Below, piece by piece: positions 41,062 to 53,113 of a stretch of DNA of 64,000 nt. Numbering within the stretch: position 1 is the stretch's first letter; every line of letters begins with the position of its first letter. The DNA is taken from positions 682,001-746,000 of the forward strand of contig OY253668.1 of the NCBI GenBank assembly GCA_958009085.1. The letters are read 5' to 3'. The translations under genes were made by a program, and so were the position numbers. The notes beneath the pieces were generated by a model, which worked only from the letters and a program-made list of their open reading frames with translations, was not told where the DNA came from and ran no database searches. The DNA comes from Protoeuglena noctilucae (Eukaryota).

Positions 41062-42031
41062 ATGGGGCCGCCGGAGGAGCAAGGCGGTGCCCGACATCTT
41101 GCACAATGGGGGCAGACCCAGATGCAGCGCTTCCTGGACAAGGTCGCGCCCTTCACAGCGGGCAGGTGCGCTGCGGTCCGTTGCGCTTTCCCGGGAGCGG
41201 GAACGCGCGATGCCCGCCGGCCATCGCCCCCTCTGGTTCCCTTCGACATGGCTTACTTCGATTCGGCGGTGATCTTTTGCGCAGATGGGCGGCGTGGGCG
41301 TCCCTGGCCGTGCTGTACTTCCTGCGTGTGTGGATGGTGAAGGGCTTCTACATCGTGACCTACTCCTTGGGCATCTACAACCTCGACCTCCTCGCTGCGT
41401 TCGTCACGCCCAAGTTCCTGCCAGTGCCCGTGGAGGCTCAGGACGACGGCCCAACCCTGCGTGAGTCCGCCAGAGCGCTGTCTCGGCCACTTCCTCAGAT
41501 GCCAGCCCAGCCCTAGTGTGCCGCTCCTGTGTCATGGGTCCCTCGCCTGTCGTGCAGCTACCAAGAGCTCTGAGGAGTTCAAGCCCTTCGTCCGAAAGCT
41601 CCCAGAGTTCAAGTTTTGGTGGGCGTCGACGAGGGGATTCCTGCTGGGGCTCTTGTGAGCGAAGCATGGCTTGGGGACGGCGATGACCACGCTGCCATCG
41701 CCGACCGTTGATGAAAGCACGCCCCGTTCCCCCGCCTGCAGCTGCACGCTCTTCCCTTTCCTCGACTTCCCAGTCTTCTGGCCCATTCTTCTGTTCTACT
41801 TCCTCACACTGGTGGTCTTGATATCGGCAAAACGTGAGTGCCCGCTGCTTTGTCTGAGCACCCCTGTCTCTGTGCAACCGGCCCATGGCTCGCGCTGGCC
41901 CGTGGCACGCAGGGATAGAACACATGCGACAGTACAAGTACTCTCCCTTCACGTGGGGCAAGCCGGGCAAGGGGCGCGCTGCCAACGCGGGTGGGGCGAG
42001 CAAGGCTGTGGTGGAAGGCCGAGACGACTGA
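41062..42031 (+). CDS. RER1: ER retrieval receptor RER1, 5 exons
   Basis: GFYIVTYSLGIYNL, EEFKPFVRKLPEFKFWW, PVFWPILLFYF, IEHMRQYKYSPFTWGK. Confidence 0.95.
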
Positions 42032-42068
42032 GCCCTGTGGCCGATCCAAGCATAGTAGCCTAGAATCC

Positions 42069-42988
42069 TCACTGCTGCTTGCTCTTGAACAGCCCGTACA
42101 GCGTGGAGCCGGCGAGGAAGACGACGACTGCGTGCGCGTGGGCATAGCACGTCGTGAGTGCTGCTGCGGCGGCAGCCACGCTCGGGGCACACTGGGGCGC
42201 GGTGCGGGCGCACCTGTCGGGGAGAACGCGGGGTACACACGCTCCTGGGCAAACCGATCCACATCCTCCGGCAAGAACCCTGCAATCGAGGAGGTGTCCC
42301 AGGCATCTGTAATGGATGGTCCCTTGCTTGGCAGTCACCGCGATAGCGAGGCTGACCAGGCGCCCACCTGAGCCAGCCAGGAAGATACCCATGAGCAGAA
42401 TGACGATGCCCAGCAGGGCGAGCCCGGACACGACCGCCTGCTCAGCCTGGGATTCGCGGCTCTTGGGCTTGCCCCCGTACACCTCCTCCACCACCGGCGC
42501 CTGGACCTTGACCTTGGCCCGCCGCCGGCTCCCCTTCATCCCCTTCATCGCCTCCTCGAACGCGACGCCCTCTGAGTCGGGCGAGGGGCTCGGCCCGGCG
42601 GCGTCATCTGCCCGGGCCTCCTTGCGCCGCTCCTCGATCAGGTACTCTGCGGCGGTGGATCCGGGGCACGAGGTGTCACGCTCGAGGCATTTGCAGTGAC
42701 GGGAGCCAGGGCGGATGACCTGAAAGACGACGGAATCCAATGCTTAGGACCCGACCCTCGCACCGCCAGCCATTCTCGATCGAGCGCGGCGTGAGAGCCG
42801 CGGCGAGCGGGTGGAGTGGAATTGCGACGGCTATTTCTACCGCGCGCGGCACCTGTAAACGACTCCTTCTTCGGCGACGACCCAAATCCCCCCTTCTTCT
42901 GCGCCGATAAAACATGCCCCGTCCTGCGCATCCCGTGGCGCAGGGGCGCTGCCATCGCGGCGCCGTGGAAGCAGCATGACTGTTGCAT
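42069..42988 (-). CDS. LPA2: LOW PSII ACCUMULATION 2-like thylakoid protein
   Basis: Transit peptide plus KKGGFG; C-terminal TM pair GIFLAGSGFLPEDVDRF...YPAFSPTVVVFLAGSTLYGLFK. Confidence 0.8.
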
Positions 42989-43442
42989 CGTGCTGGACAC
43001 CTAAGGGCGCGCGCTTTCGCTATGAGTGCCGAAACTCCTCCGCGTAGAACACTAGTGGTAGTGGAAACCCCTGCTCAACCTCCTATCGCGACCGCGCCGA
43101 GCCAGACAGCGTCGACATTAGCTCATGATGGCATCCACCTTGGATGGCTGAGATTTGCACGCTCACCAGCGGCGCCAGTCGCGTTGCCAGTGGTGATGTG
43201 CAGCTGTGTCCATGGAGGACCCGCTGCCCTGGCATAGTCACGTAGGAGCAAATCTGCTCGGCCACGGCATCCTGGTGCGACTTGTGCGCAGGAGTGCGGT
43301 GCTGCTCACACAGTTGATGCGTCACGTGCGGGCCGCGGACGCCCCTGCTGCTCGACTCGGGTCTTGGCGTACATACCGACGTGGAAGAGCTTGACGACTG
43401 GCTGTGGGGGTGCAAGGGCAAGACGGAATTGCACGAGGCGCG

Positions 43443-46113
43443 ATGGGGACGGATGCGTCCCGGACGCGGACCCAGGAGCTCGCCGCCCTGTGCAGGCCCT
43501 TGCCTGCCACGCTCAGCTATGAGAAGGTATGCGATACACATGCATGCGACGCTTCCATGTGTTCGCCTCACCCATTCGTTTTGGTTTTCTGGCCTCCTGG
43601 AGTGCTCTCGTAGGGCACGGCGATATTCGGCGCGAACCCGCGCGCGCAGTTCAAAGTCGCGGCCAAGGTCATCCTCCGGGACACGGAGATGTACCGGGGA
43701 GACTGGGCGAGCGAGGCAGACCGAGAGGAGGTCTACGTGAAGGCGCGTGCCGTGGCTACTCAGCATAACGCTCAGTAACTGGGCCCCCCGAGCTCGCCTG
43801 CGCGCCTAATGAACGCGGTCCTGATGTCCCCCCCGCAGCTGCTGAGGTTTGTGAGTCTCGTGGTGGAGACGATGCCCCGGTCGACGGGCTTCGCCCAGGA
43901 CGGGTCGTACCGGTCCTTTGTGGCGGAGGTGAACAAGATCCTGCAGGAGCTGGAGGACATGAAGCCCAAGATCAACCGTGCGGCTCAGCGCAGGATGCAC
44001 CAGCCGGGTGCGTTAGCGCCAGGCTGACCTGCCCCGGGCGTGGCTGGCCACCGCTTGTCGCGACCCTTGCCACCCTCGCCCACAGATGCCGCGGCTGCGC
44101 CGGCGAAGCGCGTGCGGAGGGAGCCGGGCGTGGAGCCGGCCGCCGCCGCGGTCGTGGACTCCATTCCGTGGAAGGACGTCGGCCCTGCAGACACGGGCGT
44201 TGAGAAGCCCTCGGGTGACCGCGGCAAGCGGCCACGTCAGGCGCCCACCCTGGGCCTCGTCCCTGCACAGGGTGCAGCATGACTCGTCGCACACGAATGC
44301 CATTTTGCAATTCATCTCCGCAGATCGCGCCCTTCTGGAGGAGACTGAGTTCCTTCAGGCCCGCGTGACCCCCACCGCGCGGCCTGCCCCGGGCACCGCC
44401 CGCGCGGCCCCGCAGTTCGACATCCCCGACGACGGCGATCTCCTCGCGGCCGTCGCGGCACAGGAGTCCCTCGCGCGCCGGTCCGCGGCCGCACAAGCTT
44501 CATCGTCGGGAGCCTCTCCCGCCCCACACGCCGGGGTCCCTGGCGTGCCCCTCCTGCAGTCGATAGCAAGCATCGGGCCCCGCACCGCTGTGAGCTCCGA
44601 GCTCCGCTCCAAGCACAGCATCTTCCCGCAGCTCCACAGCGGCGTGTCGACCGCGTCGCAGGCGTTGCCCTCCCCAGCTGGGGACGACCCGTGGGCAAGC
44701 CAAGCGCGGTACCCGACGCTGGCAGGCCCCGCCAGAGCGAAGGTGCGTCCTCAGCGCGTTACACAGTCAGACAGGTGCGCACCTAAGCCGTCGCGTCCTG
44801 GCATGGCGGGAGCAGCGGGCGACGTGTGCACAGATGTGTGCTCCATTCCCATCACCCCTCGCGTTCACCACGCAGGCGGAGAGCGCGCGCTCTCCCGGGC
44901 TTTCTGACGGACCCGGCTTGGCCACTCCTGCCACTTCCAGCCCTCCGCCCCATCCCCCGGCCCCGCACCCCATCCTGGGCCCCGTGCCCCCGCCAGCGGA
45001 GGTCGAGGTCCGGCAAGTGGCCCCGTCGACCGCGGGTCATGGCTCATGCTCTCATCCGCCCCCGCCGCCCCCAGAGCCGCAGGCCCGGCCACCGCCCCCT
45101 CCAGAGCAGCCCTCCGAGGTGTGCTGCTGCTGCCCCTTTTGCCCACGCTGCGCTGGTTTGGGCCTCTCCCTGCATGCATCGACTGCGATGGCTAGCTCAG
45201 ATAGTCTCCCACTCTGTCTCTGCAGCCGAGCGTGGACGACCGATTCACGGCCCTGGAGGCAACCAAGGTGGTGGGGGGCTTACGCGACGTGCACGTCAGC
45301 GTCGCCATGCTCAACGACTTCATGCACATCGCCGCGCAGCACACGCGCCGTGGCATCGAGTTCTGCGGCCTCTTGGCGGGGACCCTGCATCCCCGCACGG
45401 GGGTCTTCACGGTGACGACGCTCATCATCCCGAAACAAAAGGGGTCCTCGGACCAAGTCTCCGCCGAGGGGGAGGAGGAGGTGTTCGACGTGCAGGTGGC
45501 GTGCGGCTGGAGAGCCGGCAGCTGGGCCCTGCTCGGTCGCTAGGGCCACGGGGGCGTCTTGTCACAACTGGATGTCCATCGCTGTCCCGCAGGACAAGCG
45601 GTCCCTGTTCCCGCTCGGGTGGGTGCACACGCACCCAACGCAGTCGTGCTTCCTGTCGTCCATCGACATCCACACCCAGTGCGGCTACCAGTCCATGCTG
45701 GATGAGAGCATCGCCATCGTCATGGCGCCCAGAGGCGAGCGCGCGTCGCCGTGGCGAGCCAGCAGGGCCAGCTGCGCCTGTCCCTGACCTGCTCTCACTG
45801 CCTTTGAACTGCTGACCCGGCGGCATGTCGCCATGCGCAGACAACCGTCAGAAGATGGGCGTCTTCCGCCTCTCCACCCCGGGCGGCATGCAGCTGATCC
45901 AGAAGTGCTCCGAGGTGACGAAGGCAGCTGGGTCACCAGACGATGGCCATCGCCCTGTGAGTCGCCAGTGGACCCACGCGCAGCCCTCACAAGCCCCCGC
46001 AGCGTGGCTTCCACCCGCACCCATCGACCGGCACGGGACAAGAGATCTACGAGCGGTGCCAGCACGTTTTTCTGAACCCCAAGGTCTCGCACGACGTCGT
46101 GGACCTCCGGTAG
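43443..46113 (+). CDS. AMSH-like JAMM deubiquitinase (N-terminal USP8/MIT-like domain)
   Basis: LLRFVSLVVETMP; GIEFCGLLAG; LIIPKQ; GWVHTHPTQSCFLSSIDIHTQ (JAMM HxH..D). Confidence 0.92.
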
Positions 46114-46322
46114 CGTGGGGCGCCTGTGACGAACCTGGGCTTCGCATGTGTATCCTAAGTGAACATGGCATTGGGCCGGGTTGCACAGTCTCAGACAGCG
46201 CAGCATTCAACGCGCGAGCGACAGCTCTGGCGGCGCGCCACGGTGGAAAAAGGAGACTGAAATCAACTCGAAAAATGCGGGGCCGCAGCCCGCTCGGCGC
46301 CGCGGCCGTCTGCGCCGTCTGC

Positions 46323-47361
46323 TCATGCGGCGTTGGCCCCCCGCGTCAGGTGGTCGGCGCGGACCTTGCCCGCCGCCGGGTTGCTCTGGGGCGCGCCCTC
46401 GCGCGGCTCTACCCGGGACACCATGAGGTCCCCCAGGGGCCTCACGCGGGGCTTGAAGAAGTCGGCAAACTCCTCGGCGCCCTTGGCCTCGCCCAGCTGG
46501 CATCGGGGGGACGTGTGCGCCTCGATGGCCTCCCGAAGCTTGTGCACCTTGGACTGCGCGTGCGGGGCGGGGCAGGGGTGACGCCCATGCCCTGGGGCTG
46601 CCCACTTGTCGCGCCATCCGGCGTGGGCTGCCCTGCCGTGCTGTGCCGGGCCGCCGCGACGCGGCGCTCACCAGCGATGCGGAGAAGGCGTCGAGGCGGC
46701 CGTCGGCTCCCCGGTAGAACATGAAGTACGGAAGCACCCGGACACCCATGGCCTTGGCGATGGGCTTGTTGGAATCAAAGTCCACCTTGGCGAGGATCAC
46801 GTCGGGGTGCTCCTCGAGGATCTTGCATAGCTTGGGGTAGACGCCCTTGCACGCCCCGCACCACGTGCCGAAGAACTCGACAATGACCAGCCGATCCCCC
46901 GCGCTGGCCAGAAGGTCCACGAACTGCTGGATGGACGTGATCGTCACCATGTTCTCCGTCTCGTTCTTCTCCCACCACCCCTTCCGGACCGTCTCGCGCT
47001 CCTCGACGCCGTCGCTGTCGAACGACGTGTCGGGGGTAGCCTCCGCCATCGCGCGCAGCACCACGCTCCTGCGGGCGCGGGGGGGCGGTGTGAGACTCGC
47101 GAAGACAGCCGGCTTGCTCCGTGCGATGAAACGGAACGCGCCGGCGGGACGCGCGGGCGACGACGCTCGCAGGCCCGTTCGAGCGCGGGGCAGCCACGTG
47201 GTCAGCCCGCGCCATGCCGCGAACGTAGGCCCCTCCGGCCCCACTAAGGATGCTGAAAGGCTGGCAGGGCCAGGAGGGGGAACAACAGCGGCGACGACCA
47301 CGCGCAACAAGGTGGGCGACGCTGCTCGCGGTGGGAGGCACTCGCTCTGGAAACCGGCCAT
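46323..47361 (-). CDS. Plastid atypical thioredoxin (Lilium/ACHT type)
   Basis: KGWWEK..ENMVTI, LVIVEFFGTWCGAC, VLPYFMFYRGADG. Start uncertain. Confidence 0.85.
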
Positions 47362-48370
47362 CACAGCTCGCACGGTGCCGTTGGTGCATGCTCCTATGAC
47401 ATCGCAGATGCCCGGGACAACAGGCGAGGTCCCGTAACGCCTGGCGCGGACGAAAGGGCCGACCAAAGCAGCAGAGGTCGGGAGTGGCCCCGCGCGCCCC
47501 TGACGGACGGGCGAGCCGCGTCGATGCGGAGTACGCTTTATGGTAACTATCTGTCCACAGGCGCACCGCAGTTTCCCCACCCCATGGTCTCGGCTCACCT
47601 GGGGACGCTCCGGGCTGGCAAGTGTCGCGCCGCAGGCACCCGTGCGAGGACCCGACCCGACCTCCGCTGCCCACATGCGGCCGAAGACGCGCACACGTTC
47701 CCCGCGACGAGACGCGACATCGTTTCGTCCACTACCTGCGCCGCGGGGCGGCCCAAGGGCGTGAGGAGAGAGCGGTGGCGCGACCCGAGGCGGGGATTAT
47801 TTCAATGATGCTCGAAAATAAAGACGGGCAGGCATCGCGGTGGCCTGCGCCCCGCCAATCCACAGCTTGTGGTCAAACTCGTGGCCGCGGAGTTTGCGCT
47901 CGCGCGACGGGCACGCGACCCACCCGCGCGCACCTCGCACGCAAAACCTTTACTTCTTCACGAGGGCGGGCTGCCCTGGCGCTCGACGGCGTCGCTCGAA
48001 CGGCGTTTGCGAAGAACGCGCGGTGAACCAACAACGTGAGTGCGTATCCCGTTTTGAGTGCTGTGCATCGATATCTTTGCCTTGAACTCAACCCTGGCTG
48101 ACGTGGGCCGGCTTGAGGACGCCTCGCGACAAAGCAGGTGGGTAGTGCCCCTGCCCGACAGACTGACACGGCCGCCAATTTTCCCCCTGGTGACAGCCAA
48201 TTGCGCAGTTTGGTTCCAAAGCAGACGGTCTTGCAGTGGCCCAGCAAGTTTGGCTGCCTGATCCCCTGCCAAGACAGGGGACGTTGGACGCGGGGATCCC
48301 CGGCTGCGGAAGGGCGCCTTTTCCTCTCGGTGGAACTGCGGCAGCGCCGCTCGCGGGGAAAGGCGGCAGG

Positions 48371-49811
48371 ATGGACTACCAGGTGCGCTGATGCCGTCAC
48401 GCTTCTTTGCGCAGTCCAGAAGCCGGCCGGCCGCGGCTTCCCCCTTCGCCCCCGGTGCGGCGCCCACGATCCTGCGTCCCACGCCGTCGCTGTCCCGCAG
48501 CGGCAGCTCCTGGACGAGCTGATGGGCAAGGACCGCAACGCGCCCCTCGATCGGCAGGACCGCCACTTCGGACGGCGCATGACCGACGATGACGTGTGCA
48601 GGTAAGTCGCTGCCGTACCCTCCTGCATCGGGCGCCCCGCGATGTGGATTGCGCGGCTGGGCCCGCCGATCATCTGGGTCCGCGACGCGCCGTGCAGGTA
48701 CCACCTGGCGGGCCTGTGCCCGTACGGGCTCTTCAAGAACACGAGGTGGGACCTGGGCACCTGCGGCTTCAAGTGGCACGACGACCGGCTGCAGCAGGAG
48801 TTCATGGCGCTCCCCGACGACGAGAAGAACCGCCTGGGCTTCGAGTACGACCTGCTCGAGATCCTGCGGGGCCTGGTGCGGGAGTGCGACCGCAACGTCG
48901 AGAAGGCGCTCGAGCGCGCCAAGATCGAGAACGCCCCCAAGCCCCTGTCGCCCGAGGAGACGGCGCGGCTGGAGGCGATTGACGCGGAGATCGCTGAGGC
49001 AGTGGCGCAGGCGACGCGGCTGGGAGAGGAGGGCGACGTGGACGGATCCGAGGAGGCCATGAAGCGCGCGGACGCCCTCAAGGCCCGGAGGGAGCAGGAG
49101 TACCGCGCCATGATCGACCCTCCCGGGAAGGGACGCGGCATCCTGGAGGTCTGCATGGTCTCTGGTGAGCGCGGGACGCATGATTCGCGACAGAGAGTGG
49201 AGACATTGCAGCTATCGTACTCAATGGAGGGTTACTGACCCCCCTGCAGGTGTCTTTATGAACACGCTCGACAGCGAGAGCCGCCGCGCCGACCACTACA
49301 ACGGCAAGCAGTACCTGGGCTGGAAGACCATCCGGGACGGGCTTAAGGAGCTCGAGGATCGCCTCAAGGACCGCAAGCCCCGGGTGAGCCAGCGTGTGCT
49401 CGGCACCTCGTGTCTGTGGAGCCGCTCATCGTCGTCGTGCTTGGCGATGGGTCGCGAATGCAGCAGCCGGCTGATCCGAGACTCGCTCTTCGGCTCACAC
49501 AGCCAGCCAAGGAGGCCGACGCACCGAAACGCGAGCGTTCGCGGTCGAGGGAGCGCGAGCGGCCGGCCACGGACAGGGACAGGGAGCGGCCCCGGGAGGG
49601 AGACCGGGACCGCGACCGCGACCGAGACGGACGCCGGGACCGCGACAGGGACTACCGGCGGGACGACAGGCCGCGCAGCGATGGCCGGAGCTACGGGGAC
49701 CGGGGCTACGGAGACAGGGGTTACGGAGACAGGGGTTATGGGGACCGGGGCGGGCGTTCGCATGGCGGGTACGGGGATCGCGGGCGGGATGCCCGAGACT
49801 ACCGGCGCTGA
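48371..49811 (+). CDS. LUC7: LUC7-family U1 snRNP-associated splicing factor, 5 exons
   Basis: RQLLDELMG..RN; CCCH finger CRYHLAGLCP..F.NT..DLGTC...H; degenerate second finger; RD/RS-rich tail. Confidence 0.9.
49692..49751 (+). repeat. 15-nt coding tandem repeat (YGDRG, about 4 copies) in the LUC7 tail
   Basis: tacggggaccggggc/tacggagacaggggt/tacggagacaggggt/tatggggaccggggc. Confidence 0.85.
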
Positions 49812-49816
49812 GAGTT

Positions 49817-51350
49817 TCAAGCAGGGTTTCTCTGGCTCGGGGGCGGGCATGCCGGGCACTGGCAGGAGAAGTGGGCGTGCGATTGAAAGGCCAGGACCTC
49901 GCACCCGAAACTCAGCCAGCCGCGCCGAAGGCTCCGTGCAAACATCTCGAGGCACCTGCATGCAGGCGCGCGCAACGTCAGCTGTGCGTGCACGGTTGCC
50001 TGTCGCAGCAGCAGCAGCAGCAGCAGCAGCCAGCGTGGGTGCCCTTACCTGAACTGCATGCAGCCATCCGAACTTGCTGTCGAGAGATGGCTTGCGTCGG
50101 CCACCCGTTCCTCTAGCCCAGCCGCACGAGACACGACGTCCGCCATGACGACCCCCAGGTACGGCTTGCGGCTGTGTTGCGCGGGAGTGCCGACGAGGAC
50201 CCCAGCCACATGAGGCATGGCGTGAGCTTTGTCCCGAGCGTCATCGCCTGCCGCGCCACCCTCTCGACCGGGCAGCCCGAGCCTGGCCGCGGCCGCCGCG
50301 TTCACGAGGACGAGGAGCGGCTCGTAGGGCTTCCGATGCGCGCTGTCCAGAGGGAAGATGGGCGCCCCATTGTGGCGTGTCTTCAGCCACAGCCACGTGG
50401 CTAGCGGAGTGAGACCCCACGCATGGAGGAGCGGCCCGAGGGCGAAGCGCCAGTGCCGTTCTCGGTTGGGGAGCCACAGGCATAGGACGCCACCGTCTTG
50501 GGCGAGGAGGTCCGCCATGGGCAGCCCCAGCAAGTGCGCAGATGGCTGCGGGGCCGCAGGGGGCGACGCTTGTATGTGGCAAGAGGGGCGCGCTGCGGCA
50601 TCGCCCGCACCCTCCCTGCTGTCTCACCAGGGTCGGGTACTTGCCTCCTCGATGCGCGGACGCATTCTCCCAGGGCGGGTCCGCCACGATGAGACGGAAC
50701 CCGCCCGACTGGGTCGCTGAGTCGCGAAGGAGGCCCTTGCATGCGACCCTGTCACTCGCGGACGGCATGACGAAGGCACTCATCGGCGGCATCACGACGG
50801 GCTCCCCCGCCGCGTCGACGAGCGCATCCGCGTCGTCTGCCGAGTGGACCTGCATCGTGTCGAACAGCCGGCCTCCGTCCTCATCGGCGGCCCCAGAGGC
50901 AGTGTCGCGGCAGGCGTGGATCCACTGCAGTCGTGGCTTGGTCACCGCCCGCATCGCCGCGACCACGAGCCAGTTGAAGGGGGGGTCACGGCCAGGGTCA
51001 GGGACGGGGAGGGCAGGTCCTTCGGCGTCTCGGGAGGTTGCACCTGCCTCGCCCCTCACGCCGGTCAGGGCACGGACGAGGATGTCGTGCCTGGCCAGTG
51101 CCTCCTCCGCCCTCTGCGCGCGCACGGGGTCATCCTTCTTCACAACGTGCCGCCTGCGCTTCCGACTCGGCTTTTCGTCGGAGGCGTCGTCCGATGCGCC
51201 ACAGTCGTCGCCCGACGCGTCCGTGTGGTCCTCGAGCAGCCAGCGGGGGTAGGGGCAGGAGGACTCGAGGGCGCGGTGCGCAACTAGGCCAAGAGATGCG
51301 TCGTAAACGAACTGGAAGTGATGCACGGCGACAGAGCCGGCGGCGCTCAT
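49817..51350 (-). CDS. METTL4: MT-A70 family N6-adenine methyltransferase, METTL4-like, 3 exons
   Basis: IVADPPWEN, LWLPN, WLWLK, HRKPYE, HSRKP; last exon (49817-49955) encodes CLEMFARSLRRGWLSFGCE. Confidence 0.88.
50005..50030. repeat. (GCA)8 microsatellite in the last METTL4 intron
   Basis: Perfect trinucleotide run read directly from the sequence. Confidence 0.9.
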
Positions 51351-51610
51351 AGCATAGGACTTTCGCCGCTGTCAACAGCATGCCTTGCAGCTCTGTGCGC
51401 CAATGGACCGCGACAAGGCCGTCAGCACGGGCCCCCTAGCGCGGTTCTTGCGCGTCCTCGCCAGTGCCGCACGCTCCAAGAGCCCGCGCGCCCCCCGGCC
51501 GGCGATATTCCATCCGGGGACCGCATCGCATCCAAGGGTGGTTCTGTCAAGTGGCTGAGCAGCTTTGCGAGCTCGCCGGCCATGCGGGACGACTGAAAGC
51601 ATCCGCGGCG

Positions 51611-52837
51611 ATGGAGCAGGCCTCTTCTCGCTTCGGCGGACAAGACAATGCCGCGGCAGAAGAGGCGGCGGCGGCGAAGTACGGGGCGCTCCTGGCGCAG
51701 GCGAGTTTGTTCGTGTCGCTTGCTCCGGGTGCTCCGCCGCCCGTGCGCTGCGTCAGGGGCGCTCCCGCTGTCACCTTCATGTTGCAATCTCAAGCCCCAG
51801 CGCCACCTGGTAGCGCGCTGCCGCTGAGCGGGCGCCCTGTCCCTGCCCTCGCAGGGAAGGAAGCGGTACGGCTTTGCCGCGGCATTTCTCAGGGTCACGA
51901 ACCTGCTAGTGCTGGTGCGTATCTGCAAGCACTCCTCCGCTGGCGTAGGACATCAGGGAAGGCTCCAGTCGGCGCGCGCCCACGCCGATGGGTCTTTCTC
52001 CCTCGCTCTCGCAGGCGCTGGCGGTCCTAGGCTTTGGGGTGGGTTTCTACAGCCTGCTCTCCGCGGACGACGATCTCAAGGGGGCGATTCCCATTGAGAG
52101 GTGGTCAGCGAGCGCCCTCGTCACCGCCTCGTTCATCACGTCCATCGTCACCTGTGCGGGCGCGACAAGCCTCGTCACGAACAGCAACATCCTCCTTTTC
52201 GTGTACTTCGTGAAGAGCGAGCTGGTGTTCGCGCTCACCTTGGGGACCGGCGTCGCCGTCTACGCCTCGCTGCCCTTCGTCCCTCGCATGCTCGAGGACT
52301 GGTGCGCCGTGCACCCGGCCCAGGGCGTGTGCCAGCCCGACCAGCGCGAGCAGGCGCTTTTGGAGATCAAGGACCATCTGGCGTCCGTGGGGCAGGCCTC
52401 CCTCGTCATGGCCGTCATGCTGGTGGTCAACTTGGTGGCGACCTTCGTCATGATGCAGCAGGTCCATAAGCCCACCCTCTATGGCTGGACCCACCCCAGC
52501 CACGGCATCTTCGGGTGAGCTCCCTCCGCAACGGCCCTGCCCTCGCCTGCCCCCATCGCAGGCGACCTGCCGCTGTGCGCTGGTGCGGCACTCGACGCAT
52601 CGCCCGCCCCTGCCATGACGCAGGGGCCACTTCGAGGACGAGTGGCAGCAGGACGTGCGGCTGGACATGGACCAGATGCGGCGGTTCCTGGGGCACGCGG
52701 GGGACCTGGAGAACCTGAGTCATGAGGAGGACTTGGAGAGGCTGCAGCAGGCCTACTCGCCCCGGGGCGGCCCTGTGGTGGGAGACCAGGGCTACTTGCA
52801 CGAGCGCCTGTACCACGCCGGGTCTGACTCGGACTGA
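51611..52837 (+). CDS. Tetraspanin-like four-TM protein, 4 exons
   Basis: FLRVTNLLVLALAVLGFGVG, then TM2-TM3, a Cys-containing loop (WC...VC) and TM4. Confidence 0.65.
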
Positions 52838-53113
52838 GCAGAGGGGCGGCGGCCTATGGGCTCGAGCACGCGTGCTATGTAGTTGGGCACGGCCTCGTCT
52901 CGATCGCACGGACCGGTCATGGTGCCTCGCCCGTTCCCTGTCTCCCGCGCCCCTGGCCCCTGTGTTCGCCCGCCCGCCGCCCTAGGATCTTCGGTTGCTG
53001 TTTCCCTTGCGCAGTGCTTCCCGAGTCTTCGAGCTTTGTCTACAGCATGTCCCGCCGCGGCACCGCTCTGCCGCGGCCTCTGAAAACAGGGCATCCATCC
53101 CCGCACCGCTCTG

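Noticed and set aside
43120..43155. Small hairpin catccaccttggatg with C/D-like words
   Set aside because: Too short for a snoRNA and likely chance.
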